The translations under genes and the position numbers were made by a program. Shown one piece after another: positions 29,122 to 38,595 of a stretch of DNA of 64,000 nucleotides. The DNA is taken from positions 2,880,001 through 2,944,000 of the forward strand of contig OZ241869.1 of the NCBI GenBank assembly GCA_965202805.1. The letters are read 5' to 3'. Under the pieces are notes generated by a model. That model saw only the letters and a list, made by a program, of their open reading frames with translations, did not search any database and had not been told where the DNA came from. Each line of letters begins with the position of its first letter. Position 1 is the first letter of the stretch. This stretch comes from Longimicrobiales bacterium (GTDB lineage Bacteria > Gemmatimonadota > Gemmatimonadetes > Longimicrobiales > Gaopeijiaceae).

Positions 29122-30039
29122 TCAGTCCCCGAACGCGGCTTCAGCCAGCCGCTTCTTGTACCACTCGGGGAACCCCCTGGTGACCGCGCCGTCGAAGCGC
29201 CTCTCGAAGTGCTTCCACAGACGGTCCTTGAGGTCGTCCAGGCATTCCTCGCGCACGTCCTCGCGGATGTGGCGGATGATCCTGCCGATCTCGACCGGGG
29301 TGCCGCCTTCGATCAGTCCCTCGGCCAGCAGTCCGGTCACCACCTTCTCCCAACGGGCCGGGCCGGAAACCGATTCCGCCAGGACCTTCAGGAACTCGGT
29401 CTGCCTGAGGCGCTTCCAGTCCGGGTTGCGGGCGTGGGCCTCCTTGAACTTCTCGGAAACGAACTTGGCCCGGAGCGGAAGACCATCCTCGCCGAAGAGG
29501 GGAACCTGGTGGGCACGCTTGATGACCACGCCCTCGATCCTGGCCCCGCCCAGGAACGACTCCAGTTCCAGCAGCTTCTCCAGCCGGGCTGTGCTCGACA
29601 GCATCCCCTCGAAGAGGAGGGGCACCGCCTCGATCCCCAGCCGGGTCGCCACCTGGGCCTTCTCCTCGTAGCCGAGGTAGTCCTGGGTGCCGACGTCGAC
29701 ATCGAAGAGAGCGATGTGGCCCAGCGGCACACGGCCATAGGTGAGCGTGTTGTGGCGCGGCCGGCCCACCGCTTCCCCGCGATACACGACGCCCGGCGAC
29801 AGCAGGCCGTCTTCCGCCATCCGCCGGATCGACGCGACCGACGGGGCGAAGAGGTTCGGCGGCTCGTCCAGATCGAGCGTGAGCCGCTTGGAGCGGGCCG
29901 ACAGGCGCGGCGGCTCGCCGACCAGGCCCCAGCTGATCTGCGAGCCGTCCACCTTCTCTTCCACGACGACGGGCTTGTCGAGCAGTCCCTTCGTCGCACG
30001 GTGGCCGAGGGCGAATATCTTTCCGTAGCGTCCCGGCAT
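29122..30039 (-). CDS. ATP-dependent RNA ligase, T4 Rnl2-like
   Basis: Motifs I EEKVDGSQ, III YRGEA, IIIa ALFDV, IV IEGVVIK, V AKFVSEKFKE; helical C-domain TPVEIGRIIRHIREDVREE resembling the Rnl2 C-domain; no OB fold. Confidence 0.82.
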   Translation of the reverse strand: MPGRYGKIFALGHRATKGLLDKPVVVEEKVDGSQISWGLVGEPPRLSARSKRLTLDLDEPPNLFAPSVASIRRMAEDGLLSPGVVYRGEAVGRPRHNTLTYGRVPLGHIALFDVDVGTQDYLGYEEKAQVATRLGIEAVPLLFEGMLSSTARLEKLLELESFLGGARIEGVVIKRAHQVPLFGEDGLPLRAKFVSEKFKEAHARNPDWKRLRQTEFLKVLAESVSGPARWEKVVTGLLAEGLIEGGTPVEIGRIIRHIREDVREECLDDLKDRLWKHFERRFDGAVTRGFPEWYKKRLAEAAFGD

Positions 30040-30220
30040 GGTCTCATCCGCGTGGAGGTCCGGCTCTCAACAGAGTGTCGAGAGCTTCTCGCGGCGCGAG
30101 AACCGGGATCGGCGGCCGAAGGAAGTCGGCTGTGGCTTCGCGTGATGATGCGCCGGGCTGCAGCGTGGCGGAAAGGAAGTACGCCGACTCCCGCCGGTCA
30201 AGGGGGCCATCGGCGCTGGA

Positions 30221-30297
30221 AACCCGTTCCCCGCCCCGTGATACTATCGCGAGAGAGCGGATAGTATCATGGCGGGCGCGGACGGCGGGGACGGGTT
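30221..30297. promoter_or_regulatory. Long imperfect inverted repeat with core TGATACTATC-N11-GATAGTATCA
   Basis: Perfect 10-bp arms at 30239-30248 and 30260-30269; outer arms AACCCGT/ACGGGTT and CCCCGCC/GGCGGGG; each core arm contains extended -10 TGaTACTAT. Confidence 0.7.
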
Positions 30298-30456
30298 CGG
30301 AACGGTGATCCCCGACCCGCGCCGGCTACGCGGCGAGTCCTCCCGGAGCGTGGCAATGGCGTTGAGGTTATCGTTGTGTCATTCGTCATCGACGGCGGGC
30401 ACAATCCATGTCCAGACCAGCCCGAGGAGCCTCCCTGACCCCTTGAGAACCAGGAC

Positions 30457-32580
30457 GTGACCGCAACCGAGGGGGAAGTTCGGCGCAGAGCCGACCGCCT
30501 GCGCGCCGAGATCAGGCGCCACGACCACCTCTACCATGTCGAGAACCGGCCGGAGATCTCGGACGGCGCCTACGACAAGCTGTTTCGGGAGCTCCAGGCC
30601 ATCGAGGAGGCGTTTCCGCACCTCCTGACGCCCGACTCGCCCACCCAGCGGGTCGGGGCGGACCCGCTTGCAGAGCTGCCGGTGGTGCCGCATGTGGTGC
30701 CGATGCTCTCGCTTGACTCGTCGGAGGAATCGGAGGATCTACACCGTTTTGACGAGCGGGTGCGCAAGGCGGTGGACGGGCCGGTCGAGTATCTCGTGGA
30801 GCCCAAGCTGGATGGATCGTCACTTGAGGTAGTCTACGTAGACGGTGTCCTGAACAGGGCGGTTACCCGCGGCAACGGAAGGGAGGGCGAAGGCGTCACC
30901 GAGAACGCCCGTACCATCCCTTCGGTGCCGCTGCGGTTGAGGTCGGCAGAGGAGCCGGCGACGCTCGATTCCTCGGATGGTGATCCGTCGGAGGCGGCCG
31001 ATGCCCTCCCCATCCCATCCCTGCTCGCCGTCCGGGGCGAGGTGCTCATGTACCTCTCTTCCTTCGAGGAATTGAACCGGACCCGTGTCGAAGCCGGTCT
31101 CGAGCCCTACGCCAACCCGCGCAATGCGGCGGCGGGGGCGCTGCGCCAACTGGACTCGCGCATCACCCGGACACGACCCCTGGAGTTCTTCGCCTACGAC
31201 ATCCTCGACGTCAGATGGCGGGACGATTCGCGGCCTGCGGGGGACGCTGGCGAGGGGGCGGCCTTCGACACCAACCCGGGGGCGGCCTTCGGGACCGACG
31301 AGGAAGCGGCCGAGGCTCTGCACGGGTGGGGGCTGAGGCTGCCGGACCGAACCCGCAAGGTGGCGGACATCGAGGAAGCCATCGCCTACCACGCCGAGTT
31401 CGCGAGCGACCGGGACGACCTCGACTACGAGATCGACGGAGTGGTGCTGAAGCTGAACGCGCTGGCTCCGCGCGCCGCGCTCGGGAGCACGTCGCACCAC
31501 CCGCGGTGGGCGTTCGCATTCAAGTTTGCCCCCCGGCAGGAGGTGACCCGCCTGGAGCGCATCACCGTACAGGTCGGCCGTACAGGAAAACTGACTCCGC
31601 TGGCCCTGCTGCGCCCCGTGGAGGTTGGGGGCGTGACGGTGTCGCGCGCCTCGCTGCACAATCGCGAGGAGCTGGAGCGCAGGGATGTGCGCGAGGGCGA
31701 CCTGGTGCGCATTCAGCGCGCGGGCGATGTCATTCCGCAGGTGGTCGAGCGGGTGGAGGAACCCGGCCGGGCGCGCGGCGACCCCTTTCGGATGCCCGAG
31801 GAGTGTCCCCGGTGCTGCGCGGCCGTGGTGGAAGAGGGGCCGTTCGTGGTTTGTTCGAACCGCCTGGGTTGCCCGGCGCAACTGGAGCGCGGCATCGAGC
31901 ACTTCGTGTCGCGGGGCGGGCTCGACATCGAGGGCCTTGGCTCGGAGACGGTCGCGCTGCTGGTGGGTAGGGGCCTGGTGCGCCAGCCTGCCGACCTCTT
32001 CGACCTCACTCCGGAGCAGCTGCTCGAACTGGAGGGCTTCGCGGAGACCAGGTCGCGCAAGTTGGTTGAGGCGATTCAGAACGCAAAGAAGACGGAACTC
32101 GCGCGCTTCATCTACGGCCTGGGCGTCCCGGAAGTAGGAGCGACGGTGGCGCGGGTGCTGGCGGCCGAGTTCCGCGATCTGGCGACGCTGCGCGAAGCCA
32201 GCGCAGACCGACTCGAGGAGGTGGAGGGGATCGGGCCCATAATGTCGGAGAAGATCACCGAGTTCTTTGGTGACGACGCCCGGGCCGCATCTCTGGACAC
32301 CATCCTGTCCAAGGGCTTCAAGCCTGTCCCTCCGCCCGAGCGGGAAAGCCGCGCTCTCGATGGCAAGAGCTTTGTCTTCACGGGGAGGCTGAACTCGATC
32401 ACGAGATCCGAGGCGAGGAAGCGCGTGCAGAACCTGGGCGGGCGGGTGGTATCGTCCGTCAGTTCGGCCACCGGCTATCTGGTAAAGGGAGAGAAAGCCG
32501 GTTCCAAGGCGAAGAAGGCGGAAGAGCTGGGCGTCCGAGTGCTGGACGAGAAGAAGTTTCTGAGGTTGCTCGAGGGATAG
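30457..32580 (+). CDS. ligA: NAD+-dependent DNA ligase
   Basis: PDSPTQRVG, PMLSL, EPKLDG, RGNG, NPRNAAAG, YEIDGVVLK, QVGRTG, RAGDVIP, Zn finger, HhH, BRCT (FVFTG...GSKAKKA). Confidence 0.96.
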   Translation: MTATEGEVRRRADRLRAEIRRHDHLYHVENRPEISDGAYDKLFRELQAIEEAFPHLLTPDSPTQRVGADPLAELPVVPHVVPMLSLDSSEESEDLHRFDERVRKAVDGPVEYLVEPKLDGSSLEVVYVDGVLNRAVTRGNGREGEGVTENARTIPSVPLRLRSAEEPATLDSSDGDPSEAADALPIPSLLAVRGEVLMYLSSFEELNRTRVEAGLEPYANPRNAAAGALRQLDSRITRTRPLEFFAYDILDVRWRDDSRPAGDAGEGAAFDTNPGAAFGTDEEAAEALHGWGLRLPDRTRKVADIEEAIAYHAEFASDRDDLDYEIDGVVLKLNALAPRAALGSTSHHPRWAFAFKFAPRQEVTRLERITVQVGRTGKLTPLALLRPVEVGGVTVSRASLHNREELERRDVREGDLVRIQRAGDVIPQVVERVEEPGRARGDPFRMPEECPRCCAAVVEEGPFVVCSNRLGCPAQLERGIEHFVSRGGLDIEGLGSETVALLVGRGLVRQPADLFDLTPEQLLELEGFAETRSRKLVEAIQNAKKTELARFIYGLGVPEVGATVARVLAAEFRDLATLREASADRLEEVEGIGPIMSEKITEFFGDDARAASLDTILSKGFKPVPPPERESRALDGKSFVFTGRLNSITRSEARKRVQNLGGRVVSSVSSATGYLVKGEKAGSKAKKAEELGVRVLDEKKFLRLLEG

Positions 32581-32581
32581 C

Positions 32582-32631
32582 AGTCCGTGGATGAATCGCC
32601 GCTTGAATGGCGGGGATATCGTCCACGGGCT
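32582..32631 (+). terminator. Stem-loop immediately downstream of ligA
   Basis: AGTCCGTGGATGA pairs with TCGTCCACGGGCT (13 bp, 2 G-U), plus an inner stem; no U tract. Confidence 0.45.
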
Positions 32632-32896
32632 ACTCGATCTTCCGCCGCCGGACGACGGGCACCCGCACTTGCCAGGCGAGCGGTGGCTGCCGAAGGCACG
32701 AGTGTCCGGAGCGCAGTCTCCCCATGCGCGATCCCGGCTGCGCGTTTATCGTTTGTGCGGCACAGGCGTGCGCTCCCTGATCCATGTGCCGGCCCGTCAA
32801 CCTCCGCGCCCCCCGGATCCCCTCCAAGGAATCTGAACTCCCCTTGACCCACCTCACCGCGCCAGCGCTCAGCGGCTCTTTCCCGGTAACCGGACC

Positions 32897-33853
32897 TTGA
32901 TTCTCCCGGCGCTGGGGCTGTTCGGCGGCGTGATCGGCCTCTATCTGGGCGCCCACTGGCTGGTGTTCGGCGCGGCCGGCCTCGGCAAGGCGGTCGGGGC
33001 GCGCCCCATCGTCATCGGCCTGACGGTGGTCTCTCTCGGCACTTCCGCGCCCGAACTCGTCGTGTGCGTGCTGGCCGCCGTCGGGGGGAGCTCCGATCTG
33101 GCGATCGGCAACGCGCTTGGCTCGAATCTGGCCAACATCGGACTGATTCTGGGGGTGACCGCGATCGTTCAGCCGCTCGGCGTCAACAGACGCATGGTGG
33201 TCCGCGAGATCCCGGCCATGCTCCTGATCACCCTGCTGGTGTATCCGCTCATCATGGACCACGACGTGTCCAGGCCGGACGGGGCGATCCTGCTCATGGT
33301 GCTCGTCTTCTATCTGGGCGCGCTGCTGAAGTCCGCGCGGCGCGAGACGCCTGCGATGCTCCAGGAGTTCGAGGCGCACTCGGACGAGATCGATGCGATG
33401 CCGAAGTCGCTCGCGAAGAACATCCTCCTGGTTCTCCTGGGGTCCGCGCTTCTGGTGCTCGGCGGGAGGATCATCGTTGTCAGCGCCATCCACATCGCCA
33501 CCGGCCTGGGGATTTCCGAGTTGCTCATCGGGGGAACGGTGGTCGCCATCGGCACATCGCTGCCGGAACTGGCGACGACGGTGGTCGCGGCGACCCGCAA
33601 CGAGGCGGATATCGCCGTGGGCAACGTCATCGGCTCCAACATTTTCAACCTCACCGCAGTCCTGGGCGCCGCCGCCGTCGTCGAACCGCTTTCGATCGCC
33701 TCGGGCGTGCTCGATCGCGAGTTCCTGGCGGTGGTCGTGTTGTCGGTTCTGGTCTGGCCGGTGGCATGGACGGGGCTGAAGGTGCGGCGCTGGGAAGGAC
33801 TGCTGCTTCTGATGGTCTACGCGGTACTCTGGCTGTGGCTGGGGCAGAGTTAG
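32897..33853 (+). CDS. Calcium/sodium antiporter (CaCA, YrbG-like)
   Basis: Two alpha repeats: GTSAPE...GNALGSNLAN and GTSLPE...GNVIGSNIFN. Confidence 0.92.
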   Translation: MILPALGLFGGVIGLYLGAHWLVFGAAGLGKAVGARPIVIGLTVVSLGTSAPELVVCVLAAVGGSSDLAIGNALGSNLANIGLILGVTAIVQPLGVNRRMVVREIPAMLLITLLVYPLIMDHDVSRPDGAILLMVLVFYLGALLKSARRETPAMLQEFEAHSDEIDAMPKSLAKNILLVLLGSALLVLGGRIIVVSAIHIATGLGISELLIGGTVVAIGTSLPELATTVVAATRNEADIAVGNVIGSNIFNLTAVLGAAAVVEPLSIASGVLDREFLAVVVLSVLVWPVAWTGLKVRRWEGLLLLMVYAVLWLWLGQS

Positions 33854-33933
33854 ACACTTGGATGTACTCGGATGGGCGAAGCGCGCGATCCCGGAGGTTC
33901 GGGTGCGCGCAACGCAAGGAAAGGGATAGCCGA

Positions 33934-35067
33934 ATGAGCGGCTCCGATATCGAATCGGCGCTGGAGCGCTGGCAGGAAGCCGAGCTCATCTCCGTCGAAC
34001 TGGCGGAGCAGCTGCGGGCAGAGCACGCGGAGAACCAGCGGCGAGGGCGCCGCCGGTTTCTGCAGTATGCCGTTTCGGGAACCGCGGGCATTCTCCTGGT
34101 GATCGCCGCGGTCACCTTCTTCGCCTGGTCGTGGCCCGAACTCGGAGCCGGGGCGCGCACCTTCGTCATTGCCGGGACGGGGATCGCCATCGTGCTGCTG
34201 GGAATGCGCCTGGAGAGCGCCCGGCGCTACGTGCCGGTGACCTATGCGCTCCAGACCAGCGGCCTGATCCTGCTCCTGGCGGCCTGCGTGTACTCCATGG
34301 AGGCCTGGGACAACACGACGGCCGGGGGCGTCGTGGTGGGCCTTCTCGCTCTGGCCACCCCGGTCGCGACCATCCCGGTATTCGTGCGCCGCAACCCGGT
34401 CATGCCGGCCGTGGCCACGGCTCTCGGCTACGGCTTTCTGGCGGCGTTTCTCTTCCGCGCCTTCGATCTGGACGCAGACATCATCATCTGGATCCTCGAC
34501 GGGGCGCTGTTGGCTACGCTGGCGGTGCTGGGCCTGATGCTGCACGCCGGTCGCGCGGAGTCCGTCTCGCGCCGAACGCTCTACGCCTTCGCCGTCAGCC
34601 TGTACGCGGGTTATGCGATGGCCGGAATGACGGCGGCCGGACCCCTCGAGCTCGGCGAGGACACGCTTCTGGCTCTGGACGCCTGGCTCCTGCTGGTTAC
34701 GGCGCTGGCACTCTGGGGCATCCACCGGGCGCCGGCGGCGCTGCGGAGCGCCCGCTACAGCTGGCACCTTGCGGCGTCGGTGCTGCTCGCGATCCCGCTC
34801 GGTTTCGGGACCACGCTGGAAGTGTACGACCTGCCTCCGCTCGGCGCCGCGGCGGTGTTGGCCGGGGCGGGCGCCTGCGGGCTCGGGTACGGGCTCGCCA
34901 GGGATGCCCGGCACCTGGTGCTCTGTTCGTGCGCGACCATCGTCAGCGCGGCCTGGTACCTGGGCGTCGACGCAGGCGACAGGCTGGGCACCGTGCTCGC
35001 GCTGGCGTTCACCGCGGCGCTGTTCTTCTGGGTGGCGACCCGGCTGGGCCGGGGGAGAGCGGCGTGA
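33934..35067 (+). CDS. DUF2157-like multi-pass membrane protein
   Basis: N-terminal LERWQEAELIS...AEQL followed by many TM helices. Confidence 0.75.
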   Translation: MSGSDIESALERWQEAELISVELAEQLRAEHAENQRRGRRRFLQYAVSGTAGILLVIAAVTFFAWSWPELGAGARTFVIAGTGIAIVLLGMRLESARRYVPVTYALQTSGLILLLAACVYSMEAWDNTTAGGVVVGLLALATPVATIPVFVRRNPVMPAVATALGYGFLAAFLFRAFDLDADIIIWILDGALLATLAVLGLMLHAGRAESVSRRTLYAFAVSLYAGYAMAGMTAAGPLELGEDTLLALDAWLLLVTALALWGIHRAPAALRSARYSWHLAASVLLAIPLGFGTTLEVYDLPPLGAAAVLAGAGACGLGYGLARDARHLVLCSCATIVSAAWYLGVDAGDRLGTVLALAFTAALFFWVATRLGRGRAA

Positions 35068-35130
35068 GCCGAACAGAGGCGACCGGCCGACCATTCTGAC
35101 CAGGATCATGGAACAGGGGAGTATGCCCAA

Positions 35131-36021
35131 ATGCTTGGAATAGACCTGAGCGGGAAGCGCGCGTTCATCGCCGGGGTTGCGGACGACAGAGGGTACGGCT
35201 GGGCCATCGCGCGGGTGCTGGCGGCCGCGGGCGCCACGGTTTGCCTGGGCACCTGGCCGCCGGTGATGCGCATCTTCCGGATGAGCCTGAAGAGAGGGAG
35301 GCTGGATCGGTCGCTTCCGGGGGGAGGCGAACTCGATATCGAGAAGATCTATCCCCTAGACGCGGTATTCGACACGCCGGACGACATTCCCGCGAAATAC
35401 CGGGAGGACAAGCGCTATCGTGCGGTCGACGGCTACACCATCCAGGAAGTCGCGGACGCCCTTCGTGCGGATTTCGGGGACGGATGTCTGGATATCCTCG
35501 TGCATTCCCTCGCCAACGGACCGGAGGTGCGCAAGCCGCTCATCGAGACCAGCCGCACCGGCTACCTGGCCGCGATCAGCGCCAGTTCCTACTCGCTGGT
35601 CAGCATGGTCCAGCGCTTCGGGCCCCTGATGCGTCCGGGGGCCGCCGCCGTGTCGCTGAGCTATCTGGCTTCGGAGCGCGTCATCCCCGGGTACGGCGGG
35701 GGGATGAGTTCGGCCAAGGCGGCGCTGGAAAGCGACACCCGCGTGCTCGCCTTCGAGGCGGGGCGGCGATGGGGCATGCGGGTGAACACCATCAGCGCGG
35801 GCCCGCTGCCCAGCCGTGCGGCCTCGGCGATCGGGCTGATCGACCGGATGGTCGAGTACTACAAGGTCAATGCGGCCCTTCCGGAGGTGAACACGGCGGT
35901 GGACGTCGCGAACGCGGCCGCCTTCCTGTGCTCGCCGCTGGGGGCGGGGATCACCGGCGCGACCCTCCATGTGGACAAGGGCTACCATGTCATGGGCATC
36001 GCGGCCGAGCCGCAGCTGTAG
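35131..36021 (+). CDS. fabI: Enoyl-ACP reductase, Chlamydia/plastid type
   Basis: [63 protein letters not shown]. Confidence 0.93.
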   Translation: MLGIDLSGKRAFIAGVADDRGYGWAIARVLAAAGATVCLGTWPPVMRIFRMSLKRGRLDRSLPGGGELDIEKIYPLDAVFDTPDDIPAKYREDKRYRAVDGYTIQEVADALRADFGDGCLDILVHSLANGPEVRKPLIETSRTGYLAAISASSYSLVSMVQRFGPLMRPGAAAVSLSYLASERVIPGYGGGMSSAKAALESDTRVLAFEAGRRWGMRVNTISAGPLPSRAASAIGLIDRMVEYYKVNAALPEVNTAVDVANAAAFLCSPLGAGITGATLHVDKGYHVMGIAAEPQL

Positions 36022-36025
36022 GGTC

Positions 36026-37543
36026 GTGCGCGAGGGGGCCGGGCCGGCCGGGGGCCGCACCGGGGACGGGACGCGGTTTCCACATCGGCGGACCGGCGAG
36101 GTCTCCGCAGACTTCGCGCGGGTCGGGGGAAGCCCCTTCGGCGATGCCCCGCCGAGCATCCGGGTCACCCCCCCGGGGCCGCGTTCGCAGGCACTGGGGA
36201 GGCGGTTGCGACGGGCCGAATCGCGCAACGTCACCTTCATCGGCGACCGCTTTCCGGTCTTCTGGGAGGAGGCGCTGGGGGCCAACGTGCGCGACGTCGA
36301 CGGCAACGTGTACGTCGACCTCACTGGCGCATTCGGGGTCGCCCTGGCCGGCCACCGCCATCCGCGAATCATGCGGGCCGCGACCGAGCAGCAGCACCGG
36401 CTGACGCACGGCATGGGCGACATCCATCCCCCGGCGGCCAAGGTCGAACTGCTGGAACGCCTGGCCGGGCTCGCACCCTGGCCGGAAGCGCGCGCCGTTC
36501 TGGCCTCTGCGGGTTCCGAAGCTGTGGAAATCGCGCTGAAAACCGCCGAGTTATCCACAGGACGGTCCGGCATCCTGGCCTTTGAGTGTGGATATCACGG
36601 CTTGACCCTGGGCGCTCTGGCTGCCACCCACCGCGACGACTTCCGCGCGCCCTTCCGCAGGCGCCTGTACGAAGGGGTGGCGTTCGTTCCGTTTCCGGTC
36701 CTCCCGGAAGATGTGCCGGCGAGCCTCGCGTCTTGCGCGCGGGCGTTCGAGGATGGCGCCCGCGCCGGAGCCGCGATCGGGACGGTGCTGGTGGAGCCGG
36801 TGCAGGGCCGCGGAGGGGTGCGCATCCCGCCCCGCGGGTTCTTCCCGGAACTGTGCGACCTCGCCCGGCGGCACGGGGCGGTTGTGGTGGCCGACGAGGT
36901 GTTCACCGGCCTCGGCCGCTGCGGGAGCATGTTCGCCGGGCCCGCCCTCGGCCTCGACGCCGACCTCATCTGTCTGGGGAAGGCGCTGGGGGGCGGCTTC
37001 CCGCTGAGCGCATGCCTGGGGAGGGCGGAGGTGCTGGACGCCTGGCCGGAGTCCGGCGGCGAAGCCCTGCATACCAGCACCTTTCTCGGACACCCGGTCG
37101 CCTGCGCCGCGTCGCTCGCCTTCCTGGACCTGGTGGAGTCGGAGCGCCTCGACCGGCGCGCCGCGCGCATGGGTGAGCACCTGGTTGCTCGTCTGCGCGA
37201 GGCACTGGAGGGCGTCGGGCATGTGCGCGACGTGCGGGGGCTGGGCCTCCTCGCGGGGATCGAGATCGCTGGTAACGGTGTGGGCGTCGCGGAAGCTCGG
37301 CCAGATCCGCGCGGGCGGGATGATTCGGCCGCTGGCGCATCGAACTTCTCACGCCGGGCCGGGCCCGTGGCCGGAGCCGGGGCCCGCATCGCCACGCAAC
37401 TCCTCGCGCAAGGCGTAATGGTGCTGCCCGCCGGCGAGCAGGGTCAGGTGATCGAACTGACCCCTCCGGCAACCATGTCCCGCGACCTCCTGGACCGTGC
37501 GCTGGAGCAGCTCGCCCGGGCCGTCATCGATTCCTCAGAATAG
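36026..37543 (+). CDS. Class III PLP-dependent aminotransferase
   Basis: DVDGNVYVD, GSEAVE, GYHG, EPVQGRGG, DEVFTG, GKALGGG, DVRGLGL; start uncertain. Confidence 0.88.
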   Translation: MREGAGPAGGRTGDGTRFPHRRTGEVSADFARVGGSPFGDAPPSIRVTPPGPRSQALGRRLRRAESRNVTFIGDRFPVFWEEALGANVRDVDGNVYVDLTGAFGVALAGHRHPRIMRAATEQQHRLTHGMGDIHPPAAKVELLERLAGLAPWPEARAVLASAGSEAVEIALKTAELSTGRSGILAFECGYHGLTLGALAATHRDDFRAPFRRRLYEGVAFVPFPVLPEDVPASLASCARAFEDGARAGAAIGTVLVEPVQGRGGVRIPPRGFFPELCDLARRHGAVVVADEVFTGLGRCGSMFAGPALGLDADLICLGKALGGGFPLSACLGRAEVLDAWPESGGEALHTSTFLGHPVACAASLAFLDLVESERLDRRAARMGEHLVARLREALEGVGHVRDVRGLGLLAGIEIAGNGVGVAEARPDPRGRDDSAAGASNFSRRAGPVAGAGARIATQLLAQGVMVLPAGEQGQVIELTPPATMSRDLLDRALEQLARAVIDSSE

Positions 37544-38449
37544 GCCGTTCGCCTTCAGATACTCGAGCGTCGCCGCGGCGCAAGCCTCCGGCTGCTCCAG
37601 CTGGACGAGGTGCGTTCCTCCGGGGATCCAGGCGTAGTCCACGGTCGGGATATGATGGAGCTCGGTGGTGGGGAACCAGGTGTAGGGGATGGCGGGGTCG
37701 GCCCCGATGACCATGGTCGGACAGGCGAGCGCCGCGAAGTCGACCAACGCCGAATATTGTCCGCCGTACCTGTAGATCCGGGCTTCATGTTCGCGGGGAC
37801 AACGAAGGGAGTAGCCGTCCCCGTCCGCGGATCGGCGCAGCGTCGTCCGGGCCGTGAGCCTGCGAACTCCGGGAACCACGTGCTGGAAGGCGGGCATGTA
37901 CAGGAGCACCTCCGCAAAGTCCTCCCGCGTCGGATACCGAGCCGTGCGCGCAAGGGTTCGCGTGGCCGCGCGCCTCGCCACATCGGCGAACTCCTCCTGC
38001 GCGGGGCCGAACTCGCACAGCGGCGGGTCGAAGAGAACGCGGGCCACGAACTCCCCCCCGCGCGTGGGAGACAGCAGCGAGACCAGGCCCGAGAGAGAAT
38101 GGAACACGCCGGCCTGCGGCTTCTTCCCGAATCCCTGCCGGATGGCTTCCTGGATGCGCAGGTGGTCGTCGATGAGCGTGGGCACGTTGTGGCTGCGCAG
38201 CGGCCCTGTAGTATTCCAGCCGTGGTTTCTGAGGTCGTAGAGCACCAGATCGAACTCGTCCGCAAACAGCGACCAGAACGGGTAGTAGAGGTCGATCGCG
38301 AGGCTGTTGCCGTGGCTCACGACGATGCGCGGGCCGGAGGGATTCCCGTGGCGCCGGAGCGTTGTCACGGCGCCGTCGCCCAGGCGCACATCGTGCACGG
38401 CGAGAGGCTCGGGCACCCGCCAGACCTGCACGCCTTCGGGGTCACTCAT
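37535..38449 (-). CDS. Alpha/beta hydrolase
   Basis: SHGN, YDLRNHG, FHSLSG nucleophile, GGTHLVQLE. Confidence 0.82.
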   Translation of the reverse strand: MSDPEGVQVWRVPEPLAVHDVRLGDGAVTTLRRHGNPSGPRIVVSHGNSLAIDLYYPFWSLFADEFDLVLYDLRNHGWNTTGPLRSHNVPTLIDDHLRIQEAIRQGFGKKPQAGVFHSLSGLVSLLSPTRGGEFVARVLFDPPLCEFGPAQEEFADVARRAATRTLARTARYPTREDFAEVLLYMPAFQHVVPGVRRLTARTTLRRSADGDGYSLRCPREHEARIYRYGGQYSALVDFAALACPTMVIGADPAIPYTWFPTTELHHIPTVDYAWIPGGTHLVQLEQPEACAAATLEYLKANGLF

Positions 38450-38467
38450 CGCGGAACCGGGCGGGGG

Positions 38468-38497
38468 TTGATTCAACGCGGGGGAAGTCGGTATCTT
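38468..38497 (+). promoter_or_regulatory. Putative sigma70 promoter of the tRNA pair
   Basis: TTGATT-N18-TATCTT, 15 nt upstream of tRNA-Glu. Confidence 0.5.
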
Positions 38498-38512
38498 ATC
38501 GGCCCTTTGGAC

Positions 38513-38585
38513 GCCCCCATCGTCTAGTGGCCTAGGATACTTGGTTCTCAGCCAAGAGACCGGGGTTCGACTCCCCGTGGGGGTA
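38513..38585 (+). tRNA. tRNA-Glu (anticodon CTC)
   Basis: Acceptor GCCCCCA/TGGGGGT, anticodon arm CTTGG-TTCTCAG-CCAAG, T arm CGGGG-TTCGACT-CCCCG; CCA not encoded. Confidence 0.96.
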
Positions 38586-38595
38586 TCGCGGATCG

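Noticed and set aside
29122..30039. ATP-dependent DNA ligase or prophage remnant
   Set aside because: No OB-fold domain after motif V, the C-terminus is Rnl2-like, and no structural or replication phage genes are nearby.
32640..32896. yybP-ykoY (Mn2+) riboswitch upstream of the Ca/Na antiporter
   Set aside because: The only AAGGGGAGT-like match is on the wrong strand and the rest of the consensus was not found; an Rfam search would settle it.
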